DNA of 64,000 nt from Chloroflexota bacterium (GTDB lineage Bacteria; Chloroflexota; Limnocylindria; P2-11E), in NCBI GenBank assembly GCA_005889405.1, contig VBFY01000057.1, forward strand, positions 17,475-81,474, in the 5' to 3' direction. The position numbers and the translations under genes are program-made. Below are positions 1 through 7,900 of the stretch, in pieces (the first letter of the stretch is position 1; each line of letters begins with the position of its first letter). Under the pieces are notes generated by a model that saw only the letters and a program-made list of their open reading frames with translations, made no database searches and had not been told where the DNA came from.

Positions 1-670
1 CGGTAAGGAGATACACGTCCGCGTCGACCCGCGCAGCAGCGTTCTTGCCGGTGGCGAGGATGCGAAGCGGGACCCAGGGGTTCGCGGTCGGGATCGTGAT
101 ATGGACCGGCGTGCCGTCACCGATCTGCTGGCCCTTGGCCTTTGCCGCGTCCGCGTCGAAGATCGCCGCCATGAAGATCGGGCTGCGCGCCGCGTAGAAG
201 TCGAGGATCTCGGGGGCATCCGGTGGGAGACGGAAGCCGTGCTCGGTGGCCCAGCGTCCGACCGACTCGCCGCCGCCGCTGAGGACCGTGATGTCGAGCG
301 CGTCGATCTTCACCTGCATCAGGACCACCGCGTCCGCTGCAGGCGCCGCGAGCGGGATGGCGCCGCGGACCGAGAACTTCGCGATCTCCGTCTCGCGGAT
401 GAGGCGCTGGAGCGTCCAGTCGCCGCCCTTTTCCACGGAGGTGGGAACACCTGGCAGGGGAACGAGCGAGCCGAACTGCCCGCTTCCGCCCTGGAACTTG
501 AACGCCGTGACGTAGTGCTCGATGCCGTCGTGGTAGCCGGCGAAGGTCGTCGTCCGGAGCAGGTTGACCGCGCCGTTGGGGCCGATCAGGCCCGCGCAGG
601 CCGCCGCCGGCTGCGTACTCACGACGAGGGCTGCCACGATTGCTGCCGCGCCGGCGATGAACCGTCTCAT
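1..670 (-). CDS. hypothetical secreted protein (C-terminus lies outside window)
   Basis: Minus-strand ORF absent from track because its stop is beyond the window edge. ATG at 668-670 (plus 'cat') gives MRRFIAGAAAIVAALVVSTQPAAACAGLIGPNG... with a signal-peptide-like N-terminus. GGAAGGAGG RBS lies upstream; GC3 is high, matching neighbours. Confidence 0.5.
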   Translation of the reverse strand, partial: MRRFIAGAAAIVAALVVSTQPAAACAGLIGPNGAVNLLRTTTFAGYHDGIEHYVTAFKFQGGSGQFGSLVPLPGVPTSVEKGGDWTLQRLIRETEIAKFSVRGAIPLAAPAADAVVLMQVKIDALDITVLSGGGESVGRWATEHGFRLPPDAPEILDFYAARSPIFMAAIFDADAAKAKGQQIGDGTPVHITIPTANPWVPLRILATGKNAAARVDADVYLLT

Positions 671-789
671 ACCGTCGTCCTCCTTCCGGCAATGGCCGGA
701 TGGCGGTATGACGACGGCGCCGGTGGAAGGTTCCGGCACCCTGATCGCGTCGTACCCGCCACCTGCTGCCGGCTCGTCCCAAGCGGCCG

Positions 790-1515
790 CTAGGTGAAGC
801 TGAAGCTCGCGAAGAGCTGCTCGACCTTGGCGATCGTTGCGCCGGGCGGCGCGGTCGCGATATGGCAGAACTCGTACGCCAGCTCGTACATCCGGCCCTT
901 CCCGTCGGCGACGACGTACATGACGTTGTACTTTCCTGACGGCTGGATCTTGAGTGCCGGACGTCCACCGATGGTGACATCGGTCAGCGTCCCGGGCGAG
1001 CCGGGCGTGTTGCCTGCCTCGAACCATTGCCGCGGTGTCATCGATCCCGCGTCGGTGTAGATGAGAATGACCGCGGCCCCATTCAATGCGGAACACTGCA
1101 CCTCGCAGTCCTGGCCCTGCATCGCTGCGTCCTCCTCGGCCCGCGAGAGCACGGTGAACACATCACGTGCGGCTGGATGCGCGCCGCCAAACTCGCGCGT
1201 AAGCACCGGGGACACGTGGTATGGCTCGGGCAGCACGACGGTATAGCCGTACTTCGTGTTCGCCCACTGACCACGTGGTGTCGGTGACGAGGCGGCGGTC
1301 GCGACGGCCGAGGTCGGCGCCGCAGGTGATCCGGACAATGTGGGGAGAACCGCTGAGCCGTTCGTGCCAGGACTGATGGTAGCGCTCGAGGTCGTCGTCG
1401 ATGGTCGCGCCAATAACGACGCGGCGACGACTGCGACGACCGCGAGTACAACGATCGCGGCGAGCACGAAGCCACTCGCCACTCCGCGTGTGGGCCTGCG
1501 CGAGATCACTGGCAT
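790..1515 (-). CDS. hypothetical membrane-anchored / exported protein
   Basis: 241-aa ORF with one N-terminal TM helix (VLAAIVVLAVVAVVAASLL) and an S/T/P-rich linker. No recognisable catalytic motif. Confidence 0.55.
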   Translation of the reverse strand: MPVISRRPTRGVASGFVLAAIVVLAVVAVVAASLLARPSTTTSSATISPGTNGSAVLPTLSGSPAAPTSAVATAASSPTPRGQWANTKYGYTVVLPEPYHVSPVLTREFGGAHPAARDVFTVLSRAEEDAAMQGQDCEVQCSALNGAAVILIYTDAGSMTPRQWFEAGNTPGSPGTLTDVTIGGRPALKIQPSGKYNVMYVVADGKGRMYELAYEFCHIATAPPGATIAKVEQLFASFSFT

Positions 1516-1534
1516 CTCCTAACTGCGGTCCGCG

Positions 1535-2362
1535 TCAACCTCGCTTTCGATACGCCGCGCAGAGCATGCCGAAGTAGGTCGGCGCCTCGTACGAGAGGAA
1601 GTCGCCGTGCCAGGCGTCTCGCAGCGCGCCGTGGAGCATGAGCATCTGCCAGAAGCTGTCGGCCTTCGCCTCGCTGACGAAGGCCCGATCGAACCCGAGC
1701 AGCTCGCCCAGCGCATCGCGTTTCACGAGCTCGACGACGCGGTCGTCGAACTCCTTCGAGGCAGGACTGAAGCCATAGGGGCCTTTCGGATCGTGCGCGT
1801 GCCCGTGGTCGCACGACGCGATGAGCGCGACGCGTTTACCCGATGCCTCCGCGGCCTTCGCGATCGCGCGGCCGGCGACGACGTGCGCGTCCCACGGAAG
1901 ATCGCGCGCGGGCGCGACCATCACGATCGGCTTGGGCGGCTTGTCCCGGCCACCCATGAAGTGCAGAGGCACCTGCGTGCCCCAGTCCATCGGAAACACC
2001 GCAGCCGCGGTGTCGTTCGCGCCGTAGCTCACCGCCGCGATCGGAACGCCGGCTTCGCCGACGGCGGCCGCGATCGCGATCCCGAGCTCGCGCTCTACCG
2101 GCACCCGCATCGCGATCGGCATCGCGCCACTCTCGAGCGTGCCCGACATCGTGCCCGCGAGGACGACGGCCATGCCGCGCTCGACGTGGATGTTGTGCGG
2201 GGTGAGCACGATGGTGACGTCAGGCGACGCCGCCGCGAAACGGCGGCCGAGCTCCTCCATCGCCGCGCGCGTCCTAGCCGCGAGCTCGCGCTCCTCAGGC
2301 TTGCACCACTCCGCGATCGCCATGCTGCCGTGCGGCGCGATCGCCGCGAAGACGAGAGGCAC
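1535..2362 (-). CDS. LigB-type (class III extradiol dioxygenase / DODA-like) family protein
   Basis: 275 aa; N-terminal VFAAIAPHGS and later CDHGHAH His clusters resemble the LigB/YgiD fold. GTG start sits 3 nt after the upstream gene stop (TGACGGGTG). Confidence 0.55.
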   Translation of the reverse strand: MPLVFAAIAPHGSMAIAEWCKPEERELAARTRAAMEELGRRFAAASPDVTIVLTPHNIHVERGMAVVLAGTMSGTLESGAMPIAMRVPVERELGIAIAAAVGEAGVPIAAVSYGANDTAAAVFPMDWGTQVPLHFMGGRDKPPKPIVMVAPARDLPWDAHVVAGRAIAKAAEASGKRVALIASCDHGHAHDPKGPYGFSPASKEFDDRVVELVKRDALGELLGFDRAFVSEAKADSFWQMLMLHGALRDAWHGDFLSYEAPTYFGMLCAAYRKRG

Positions 2363-2365
2363 CCG

Positions 2366-2872
2366 TCAGCTGAGGCGCGCGGTGACCATCGCGAGGATGA
2401 TGAGGACGCCCAGAACGATCTGGACGCGGCCGATCACCTTGATCCGTTCGATGATCTGGCCCGCTTCGGCGGCGGCAGCGGCGTCGCCCGCGGCGGCTTT
2501 GGGACCGAGCGTGAGCATCCGCAGCGTCCAGGGGACGACCGTCGCGCGGATGAGGACGTAGAGGCCGATCGCGAGAAGGATGCCGAGGCCCAGGACGATG
2601 CTCCAGCGTGACCCCAGCGGGTCGGTGAGCTGCTGGGCGCGACCGCTCGCGAAGAGGTTGAGGACGCCCGTGACGATCGTGAGCTCCGCGACGCGGAGGA
2701 TGTAGAAGATCTGCCGGGGCGCCAGCTGCGCCGTGACCGGCCCGCGCGCGGCCGGCGGAGCGGCGAGCAGGGCCGGTAGCTGGACGATCAGCGTGTACAG
2801 CCCGCCGCCGATCCAGAGCACTCCGGAGAAGACGTGGAGGAACTGCGTCGTGATACGGAAGAGATCGGCCAC
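2366..2872 (-). CDS. hypothetical integral membrane protein (approx. 4 TM)
   Basis: This is the C-terminal part of the 677-aa track ORF. Only the last ~168 aa are hydrophobic and protein-like; the rest of that ORF is antisense to dnaJ/prmA. GTG at 2870-2872 is the first start not overlapping dnaJ. Confidence 0.45.
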   Translation of the reverse strand: MADLFRITTQFLHVFSGVLWIGGGLYTLIVQLPALLAAPPAARGPVTAQLAPRQIFYILRVAELTIVTGVLNLFASGRAQQLTDPLGSRWSIVLGLGILLAIGLYVLIRATVVPWTLRMLTLGPKAAAGDAAAAAEAGQIIERIKVIGRVQIVLGVLIILAMVTARLS

Positions 2873-2890
2873 CAGACCGGATAATGACAG

Positions 2891-3997
2891 GTGATGGCGA
2901 AGACCGCGGATTACTACCAGCTGCTCGGCGTGCCGCGCAACGCGACGCCGGATCAGATTCGCAGCGCGTACCGCAAGCTGGCGAAACAGCACCATCCGGA
3001 CGTCGGCGAGGCGCCCGATGGCGCCGAGCGCTTCAAGCAGATCTCCGAGGCGTACGAGGTCCTCTCGGACCCCGAGCGACGCCAGCGCTACGACATGTTC
3101 GGGAGCGGCCAGGGCCTCGGCGACTTCGGGATCGGCGATCTCTTCGAGACGTTCTTCGGCAGCGAGTTCCGCCGGCGCGAGCCGCGTGGGCCAATGCGCG
3201 GCGCCGATCTCCGAATGGAGATCGAGGTCGACCTGATCGACGCGGTGAAGGGCGGCGCGCGCACGATCCGCGTGCCGCGGCTCGAGACCTGCGAGCGCTG
3301 CGAGGGCAGCGGCGCGGAGCCGGGCTCGAAGATCTCGACCTGCGCGACCTGCAACGGTCGCGGCGAGGTGCGGCAGGTCCAACAATCGGTGTTCGGCCGC
3401 TTCGTGAACGTGTCGACGTGCCCGCGCTGCGGCGGCTCGGGCAAGACCGTCGACGCGCTCTGCACGCGCTGCCGCGGCGAAGGCCGCGAGCGCCGCGACC
3501 ACGAGCTTCCGCTCGACATCCCAGCCGGGATCGATGACGGGCAGCAGCTCCGCGTCGCGGGAGAAGGCGAGGCCGGTCTCCGCGGCGGCCCGTCGGGCGA
3601 TCTGTACGTCCTCATCCGATTGCGCGAGCACGCCTTCTTCCGACGCGAGGGGGACGATCTCGTGCACGTCCTCCGCATCTCGCCGGCGCAGGCCGCACTC
3701 GGCGCGGACCTCGAGGTTCCGACGATCGAAGGCGTGACCGCGCCGGTGAAAGTGCCCGGCGGGGCGCAGCACGGCCAGATGGTCCGGCTGCGCGGGAAGG
3801 GCGTCCCGCATCTCGGCTCGTCGGGCCGCGGCGACCAGCTCGTCTATCTCGATGTCGCGGTCCCGCGCACGCTCACCAAGGAACAGAGGGCGCTCTACAA
3901 GCAGCTGCACGACATCGAGGGCGCGCCCGAGCAGCATGACGAGGGCGATGCGCGGGGCGTCTTCGACCGCATCAAGGACGCCATGGGCGGCGAGTGA
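2891..3997 (+). CDS. dnaJ: chaperone DnaJ
   Basis: J-domain with HPD (KQHHPDV), a G/F region, and four CxxCxGxG zinc-finger repeats (CERCEGSG, CATCNGRG, CPRCGGSG, CTRCRGEG). True start may be the second ATG at 2894. Confidence 0.95.
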   Translation: MMAKTADYYQLLGVPRNATPDQIRSAYRKLAKQHHPDVGEAPDGAERFKQISEAYEVLSDPERRQRYDMFGSGQGLGDFGIGDLFETFFGSEFRRREPRGPMRGADLRMEIEVDLIDAVKGGARTIRVPRLETCERCEGSGAEPGSKISTCATCNGRGEVRQVQQSVFGRFVNVSTCPRCGGSGKTVDALCTRCRGEGRERRDHELPLDIPAGIDDGQQLRVAGEGEAGLRGGPSGDLYVLIRLREHAFFRREGDDLVHVLRISPAQAALGADLEVPTIEGVTAPVKVPGGAQHGQMVRLRGKGVPHLGSSGRGDQLVYLDVAVPRTLTKEQRALYKQLHDIEGAPEQHDEGDARGVFDRIKDAMGGE

Positions 3998-4866
3998 CGC
4001 CGCCCGTCGCCTGGCTCGAGATCGCCGTCCCCGCGCACGCTGAAGCCGTCGAAGCGGTGAGCGAGATCCTCTCGCGCGTCGGATACAACGGGATCGCGGT
4101 CGAGGTCCCACTCGAGCGTGGAGCGGGCGCCGACCACACCGTGAAGGCCTACGTCGTCGAAGACGCTGACGCCTTTGCCAAGGTATCCGATGTTCGCGAC
4201 GCGCTCGGGCACCTCCAGGCCTTCGGTCTCGGACCGATCGGCGAGCTCGTCGCGCGGCGCGTCGACGACAAGGACTGGCTCGAGAGCTGGAAGGCAGAGT
4301 TCGTCCCGATCCGCATCGGCGCATTCCTGGTGCGGCCGACGTGGTCCGAGTCGATCGTGGGTGAAGGCGTCGAGCTCGTGCTCGATCCGGGCATGGCATT
4401 CGGCACCGGGCTGCATCCGACGACCCAGCAGTGTCTCGAGGCGCTCTCGACGCTGCCGCTCGGGGGCAAGAGCGTGCTGGACGTCGGAACGGGCTCGGGC
4501 ATCCTCGCGATCGCCGCGGCGAAGCGTGGCGCGTCGCCCGTCGTCGCCGTCGACACTGACACGCTCGCCGTCGACGCCGCGCGTGAGAACGCGGTACGCA
4601 ACGGCGTCGCCATCCCGGTCGCCGCGGGGAGCGCCGCGGACGTGCCCGGCCGCTTCGACGTCGTCGTCGCGAACATCGTGTCTCCGGTCCTGCAGCAGAT
4701 CGCGTCGCACCTCGCGGCGCGGCTGGCGAGTGGCGGCACGCTCCTCGTCGCCGGTATCAGCGTGCCGGCCGAACGCGCGACGCGCGAGGCCCTGCGGTCC
4801 GCGCGCCTAGGGGTCCTCGACCGTACCGTGCGCGACGATTGGGTCGCGCTCGCGCTACGCCGCTAG
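3994..4866 (+). CDS. prmA: ribosomal protein L11 methyltransferase
   Basis: SAM-MTase motif VLDVGTGSGILAIAA; length and position after dnaJ are conserved. The start overlaps the dnaJ stop. Confidence 0.9.
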   Translation: MTPPVAWLEIAVPAHAEAVEAVSEILSRVGYNGIAVEVPLERGAGADHTVKAYVVEDADAFAKVSDVRDALGHLQAFGLGPIGELVARRVDDKDWLESWKAEFVPIRIGAFLVRPTWSESIVGEGVELVLDPGMAFGTGLHPTTQQCLEALSTLPLGGKSVLDVGTGSGILAIAAAKRGASPVVAVDTDTLAVDAARENAVRNGVAIPVAAGSAADVPGRFDVVVANIVSPVLQQIASHLAARLASGGTLLVAGISVPAERATREALRSARLGVLDRTVRDDWVALALRR

Positions 4867-5573
4867 TGCACCGTTTCTTCGTCGCGCCCGAGACGCTGCG
4901 CGCCGACCGCGTGACGCTCACCGGGGCGCAGGCGCGTCAGATCGCGATCGTGCTGCGGCTGCGCGCGGGCGACCAGATCGCGCTGGTGGCTGACGGATCG
5001 GAAGCCATCGTCTCACTCGCGACCGTGCGGCCCGCGTCGGTCACCGCGGTCGTGCGCGAGCGCGGCTTCACATCGGCAGAGCCGACGGTCGCGCTGACGC
5101 TCGCCCTTCCCGTCCTGCGCGGCGATCACGACGAGGAGGTCGTCGAGGCCGTCACGCAGCTCGGCGCGTCGCGCATCTTTCCGTTCACCAGCGCGCGCTC
5201 CGTCGTGCGAAGTCTCAGCGAGGCAAAGCGAACGCGCTGGGAGCGCATCGCGCGCGAGGCCGCCGAGACCGCGCGTCGTGGTCGCGTCCCGACGATCGAA
5301 CCGATGCGGGCCTGGAACGACCTGTTCGCAGTTCTGCCAGCGCCGGTCTACGTCGCATGGGAAGGTGAGCGGCACGCGCGGCTACGTGACGCGTTGCAGG
5401 AGACGGCGCGCGCGCTATCGGTGGTGATCGGTCCGGAGGGTGGGATCGCCGAGGATGAGGTCGCTCTCGCGCGCGAGCACGGCGCGACCACAGTCTCGCT
5501 CGGGGGTCGGAATCTTCGAAGCGAGACAGCGGCCATCGCCGCTGTCGCGCTGGTCATGGACCGCCTCAGCTAA
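4866..5573 (+). CDS. rsmE: 16S rRNA (uracil1498-N3)-methyltransferase
   Basis: RsmE/YqeU-like (HRFFV..., VVIGPEGGIAEDE, SLGGRNLRSETA). GTG at 4866 overlaps the prmA TAG (TAGTG). The track's upstream ATG lies inside prmA. Confidence 0.85.
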   Translation: MHRFFVAPETLRADRVTLTGAQARQIAIVLRLRAGDQIALVADGSEAIVSLATVRPASVTAVVRERGFTSAEPTVALTLALPVLRGDHDEEVVEAVTQLGASRIFPFTSARSVVRSLSEAKRTRWERIAREAAETARRGRVPTIEPMRAWNDLFAVLPAPVYVAWEGERHARLRDALQETARALSVVIGPEGGIAEDEVALAREHGATTVSLGGRNLRSETAAIAAVALVMDRLS

Positions 5574-5965
5574 GCGGCGGACCCGCCGTCGCCGTCATCG
5601 TCGCTGTCGCGCTGTCGCTTCGCGTCGATCCACGTCACGATCGACGGGTCGGCTGAATTGCGTGTCGAGCGTGAGGCACTGTCGGTCGGGTCGTGCCGTT
5701 TGGCATCGCTCGGCCGCGCGCCGGTCCGTGGGAAATTGATCAGGCTGCCCACGTATCCACCTTGCCGAGGTCGCGCGGCTCGCGCGGGAGCTCGTGGATT
5801 TGGGCCCTGCGCCTCGCGTATCCGCGCCAGGCAGCGTAAAAGCCGAAACAGCCGCCGGAGAGGAATGCCGCCAGCGACACCAGTGGATAGAAACCATCGA
5901 TCGGCGGCACACCCCGGGACAGAGCACACCTGATGCCGCGACGCCGGACCGCCGGGCGGAGGGCC

Positions 5966-6631
5966 CTAGATCGCGACGACGCCACGCTCCTGGAGCTCGC
6001 TGCGGTCGTACATCGCTCGGTTGGCCAGCACCCGCGCGAGCGGGGCACCGGTGGCGACGTCATCCCGGAGCCCGGCCGTCACCCGGCGCACGAGGATGAG
6101 CGCGAGCACGATCAGGCCCGCAATCACCGTCGGCGTCGCGCCTTCCTGTTCCCAGATGACAGCCGGGAAGATCGCGAAGGACAAGATGCTTGCGAGAGGA
6201 AGCAGCCGAGTCGGCCGCGGATGGACCATCCGTACGAGGAGAAGGCTGAGATACAGCGGGATGCCCATGATGAGCGCCGCGATGGGATCGGCCGCCAGCG
6301 CGAAGCCCCAGCCCGTCGCGTTCGCGCGCCCGCCGTCGAACTGGTGGAGGACCGGCCACATCTGACCGACGAGCGCCGCGATGCCACACGCGAGCTGCAC
6401 CTCGAGCTCGAGACCGAGTGAGCGCGCGACGAACACGGCGAGGAAACCCTTCGCGCCGTCGAGCGTCCCGCCGATGATCCCGTGCGCCATCCCGACGCTT
6501 TTGGCGAGATTTCCACCGCCGAGCTTGCGCTCTCCGACCGCGCGCAGCTCCACGCCATAGGCGCGCGCGATCCAGTAGGGGAACGAAATAGAGGCGAGGA
6601 GGTAGGTCACGATCACGGCGGCTACCGGCAC
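5966..6631 (-). CDS. plsY: glycerol-3-phosphate acyltransferase PlsY
   Basis: N-terminal YLLASISFPYWIAR and the GGGN(L) motif; polytopic, ~220 aa. Confidence 0.9.
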   Translation of the reverse strand: MPVAAVIVTYLLASISFPYWIARAYGVELRAVGERKLGGGNLAKSVGMAHGIIGGTLDGAKGFLAVFVARSLGLELEVQLACGIAALVGQMWPVLHQFDGGRANATGWGFALAADPIAALIMGIPLYLSLLLVRMVHPRPTRLLPLASILSFAIFPAVIWEQEGATPTVIAGLIVLALILVRRVTAGLRDDVATGAPLARVLANRAMYDRSELQERGVVAI

Positions 6632-6651
6632 GTGGCTATTCTCTTGGCTGC

Positions 6652-6987
6652 GTGGACGACTGCCTGTTCTGTCGCATCGTGGCGGGGAAGCTCCCCGCGA
6701 CGGTCGTCTACGAGGACGATGACGTGATGGCCATCAACGACGTCTTCCCTCGCGCGCCCTTCCACGTCCTGGTCGTGCCCCGGAAGCACGTCGAGCGGCT
6801 CTCCGACCTCGAGGACGAGCCTCTGGGTGGCCGGCTGCTGCAGGTGGTGCGCAAGGTCGCGCGGCAGGGCGGGGTCGGCGACAACTTCCGGCTGGTCGTG
6901 AACAACGGCGACAGCGCCGGCCAGAACGTCCTCCACCTGCACCTCCACGTCCTTGGCGGTCGTGATTTCGCCTGGCCGCCCGGATGA
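6652..6987 (+). CDS. HIT-family (histidine triad) nucleotide hydrolase
   Basis: CLFCRI..., HVLVVP, and the HLHLHVLGG histidine triad. Confidence 0.9.
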   Translation: MDDCLFCRIVAGKLPATVVYEDDDVMAINDVFPRAPFHVLVVPRKHVERLSDLEDEPLGGRLLQVVRKVARQGGVGDNFRLVVNNGDSAGQNVLHLHLHVLGGRDFAWPPG

Positions 6988-7053
6988 TACAAAAGCGCGT
7001 ACCTTTATCACCTTGCGCCGGAAGCACGGCTGGCCGAGGGCCAGAGGCCGAGG

Positions 7054-7092
7054 AGATGAGGGCAGCGGAGCCTGCCCGATTATCATGGCCCT
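7054..7092. repeat. copy A of a ~38-nt conserved stem-loop element
   Basis: AGATGAGGGCAGCGGAGCCTGCCCGATTATCATGGCCCT; near-identical to 25881..25917 apart from the loop (CGGAGC here, GAAGG there) and one indel. GGGCAG/CTGCCC forms the stem. Confidence 0.5.
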
Positions 7093-7096
7093 CGTC

Positions 7097-7128
7097 GGCC
7101 TCTGTGGGAGGCCGGCGTTCTGTTCTCT
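7097..7128 (+). terminator. putative intrinsic terminator after the HIT gene
   Basis: GGCCUC-UGUGG-GAGGCC hairpin followed by the U-rich GGCGUUCUGUUCUCU, just upstream of the rpsU start. Confidence 0.35.
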
Positions 7129-7158
7129 GGCGACCAGTCTCATAAGACCGAAGGGCGG

Positions 7159-7341
7159 GTGATCCATAGATCGTTGTCTGAAGTGATCGTCGGTGATGGC
7201 GAGTCATTCGAGGCCGCCCTTCGCCGTTTCAACAAGAAGATCCAACAAGCCGGGATCCTCGCAGAAGCCCGTCGACGGGAGTTCTACGAGCGCCCCGCCG
7301 CGCGCCGCAAGCGCAAGGAAGCCAAGCGGCGCAAGCGCTAG
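7159..7341 (+). CDS. rpsU: 30S ribosomal protein S21
   Basis: [32 protein letters not shown]... matches the S21 signature. GTG start; alternative GTG at 7183. Confidence 0.85.
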   Translation: MIHRSLSEVIVGDGESFEAALRRFNKKIQQAGILAEARRREFYERPAARRKRKEAKRRKR

Positions 7342-7357
7342 TTCGGAGAGCCCAGGC

Positions 7358-7900
7358 ATCACAGCCCCGCTGAAACAAAGGCTCGAGAGCGATCTTCGGG
7401 CCGCCATGAAATCGGGCGACACCTTCCGCCGCGACACGCTGCGCTTCGTGCTGGCCGCGATCCAGCGCGAGGGAGTCGACCGTCTTCAAGCGACCATCGA
7501 GCGTCTGGTCGCGGAGGGAAAGGACGAGGCGTCGCGTCAGGCGCATATCGCCGAGCACCGTCCGTCCGATCTCGATGACGTCGGGGTCCTCGACGTGCTT
7601 CAGAAACAAGCGAAGATGCGACGCGACTCGACCCTGGCCTTCCGCAAGGGTGACCGGCCCGAGCTCGCGGCGAAAGAAGAGCAGGAGCTCGCGATCATCC
7701 AGAGCTATCTGCCGACGCAGATGTCGGATGCGGAGCTGCGCTCGATCGTCGAGCGCGTCGTCGCCGAGACGGGCGCCGCGGGCCCGCGCGATATGGGCAA
7801 GGTCATGCCCAAGGTGCTCGCCCAGACGAAGGACCGCGCCGACGGGAAGAAGGTCGCGGGGCTCGTCGGCGCGATGCTGAAGGAGAAAGCATCGTCATGA
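7358..7900 (+). CDS. yqeY: GatB/YqeY domain protein
   Basis: PLKQRLESDLRAAMKSGD...IQSYLP...GKVMPKV is YqeY-like and follows rpsU as in Firmicutes. No ATG/GTG/TTG precedes the conserved N-terminus; ATC 7358 or CTG are the only in-frame options, and the first ATG (7406) would truncate the domain. Confidence 0.7.
   Translation: MTAPLKQRLESDLRAAMKSGDTFRRDTLRFVLAAIQREGVDRLQATIERLVAEGKDEASRQAHIAEHRPSDLDDVGVLDVLQKQAKMRRDSTLAFRKGDRPELAAKEEQELAIIQSYLPTQMSDAELRSIVERVVAETGAAGPRDMGKVMPKVLAQTKDRADGKKVAGLVGAMLKEKASS

Noticed and set aside
2366-4399. 677-aa minus-strand ORF spanning dnaJ and prmA
   Set aside because: Arg/Ala-rich low-complexity translation antisense to two well-supported genes. This is the typical open antisense frame of high-GC DNA; only its last ~168 codons (2366..2872) look like a real membrane protein.
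5740-5910. 56-aa minus-strand ORF in the rsmE-plsY gap as a confident gene
   Set aside because: No SD, GC3 noticeably lower than neighbours; kept only as a low-interest observation.
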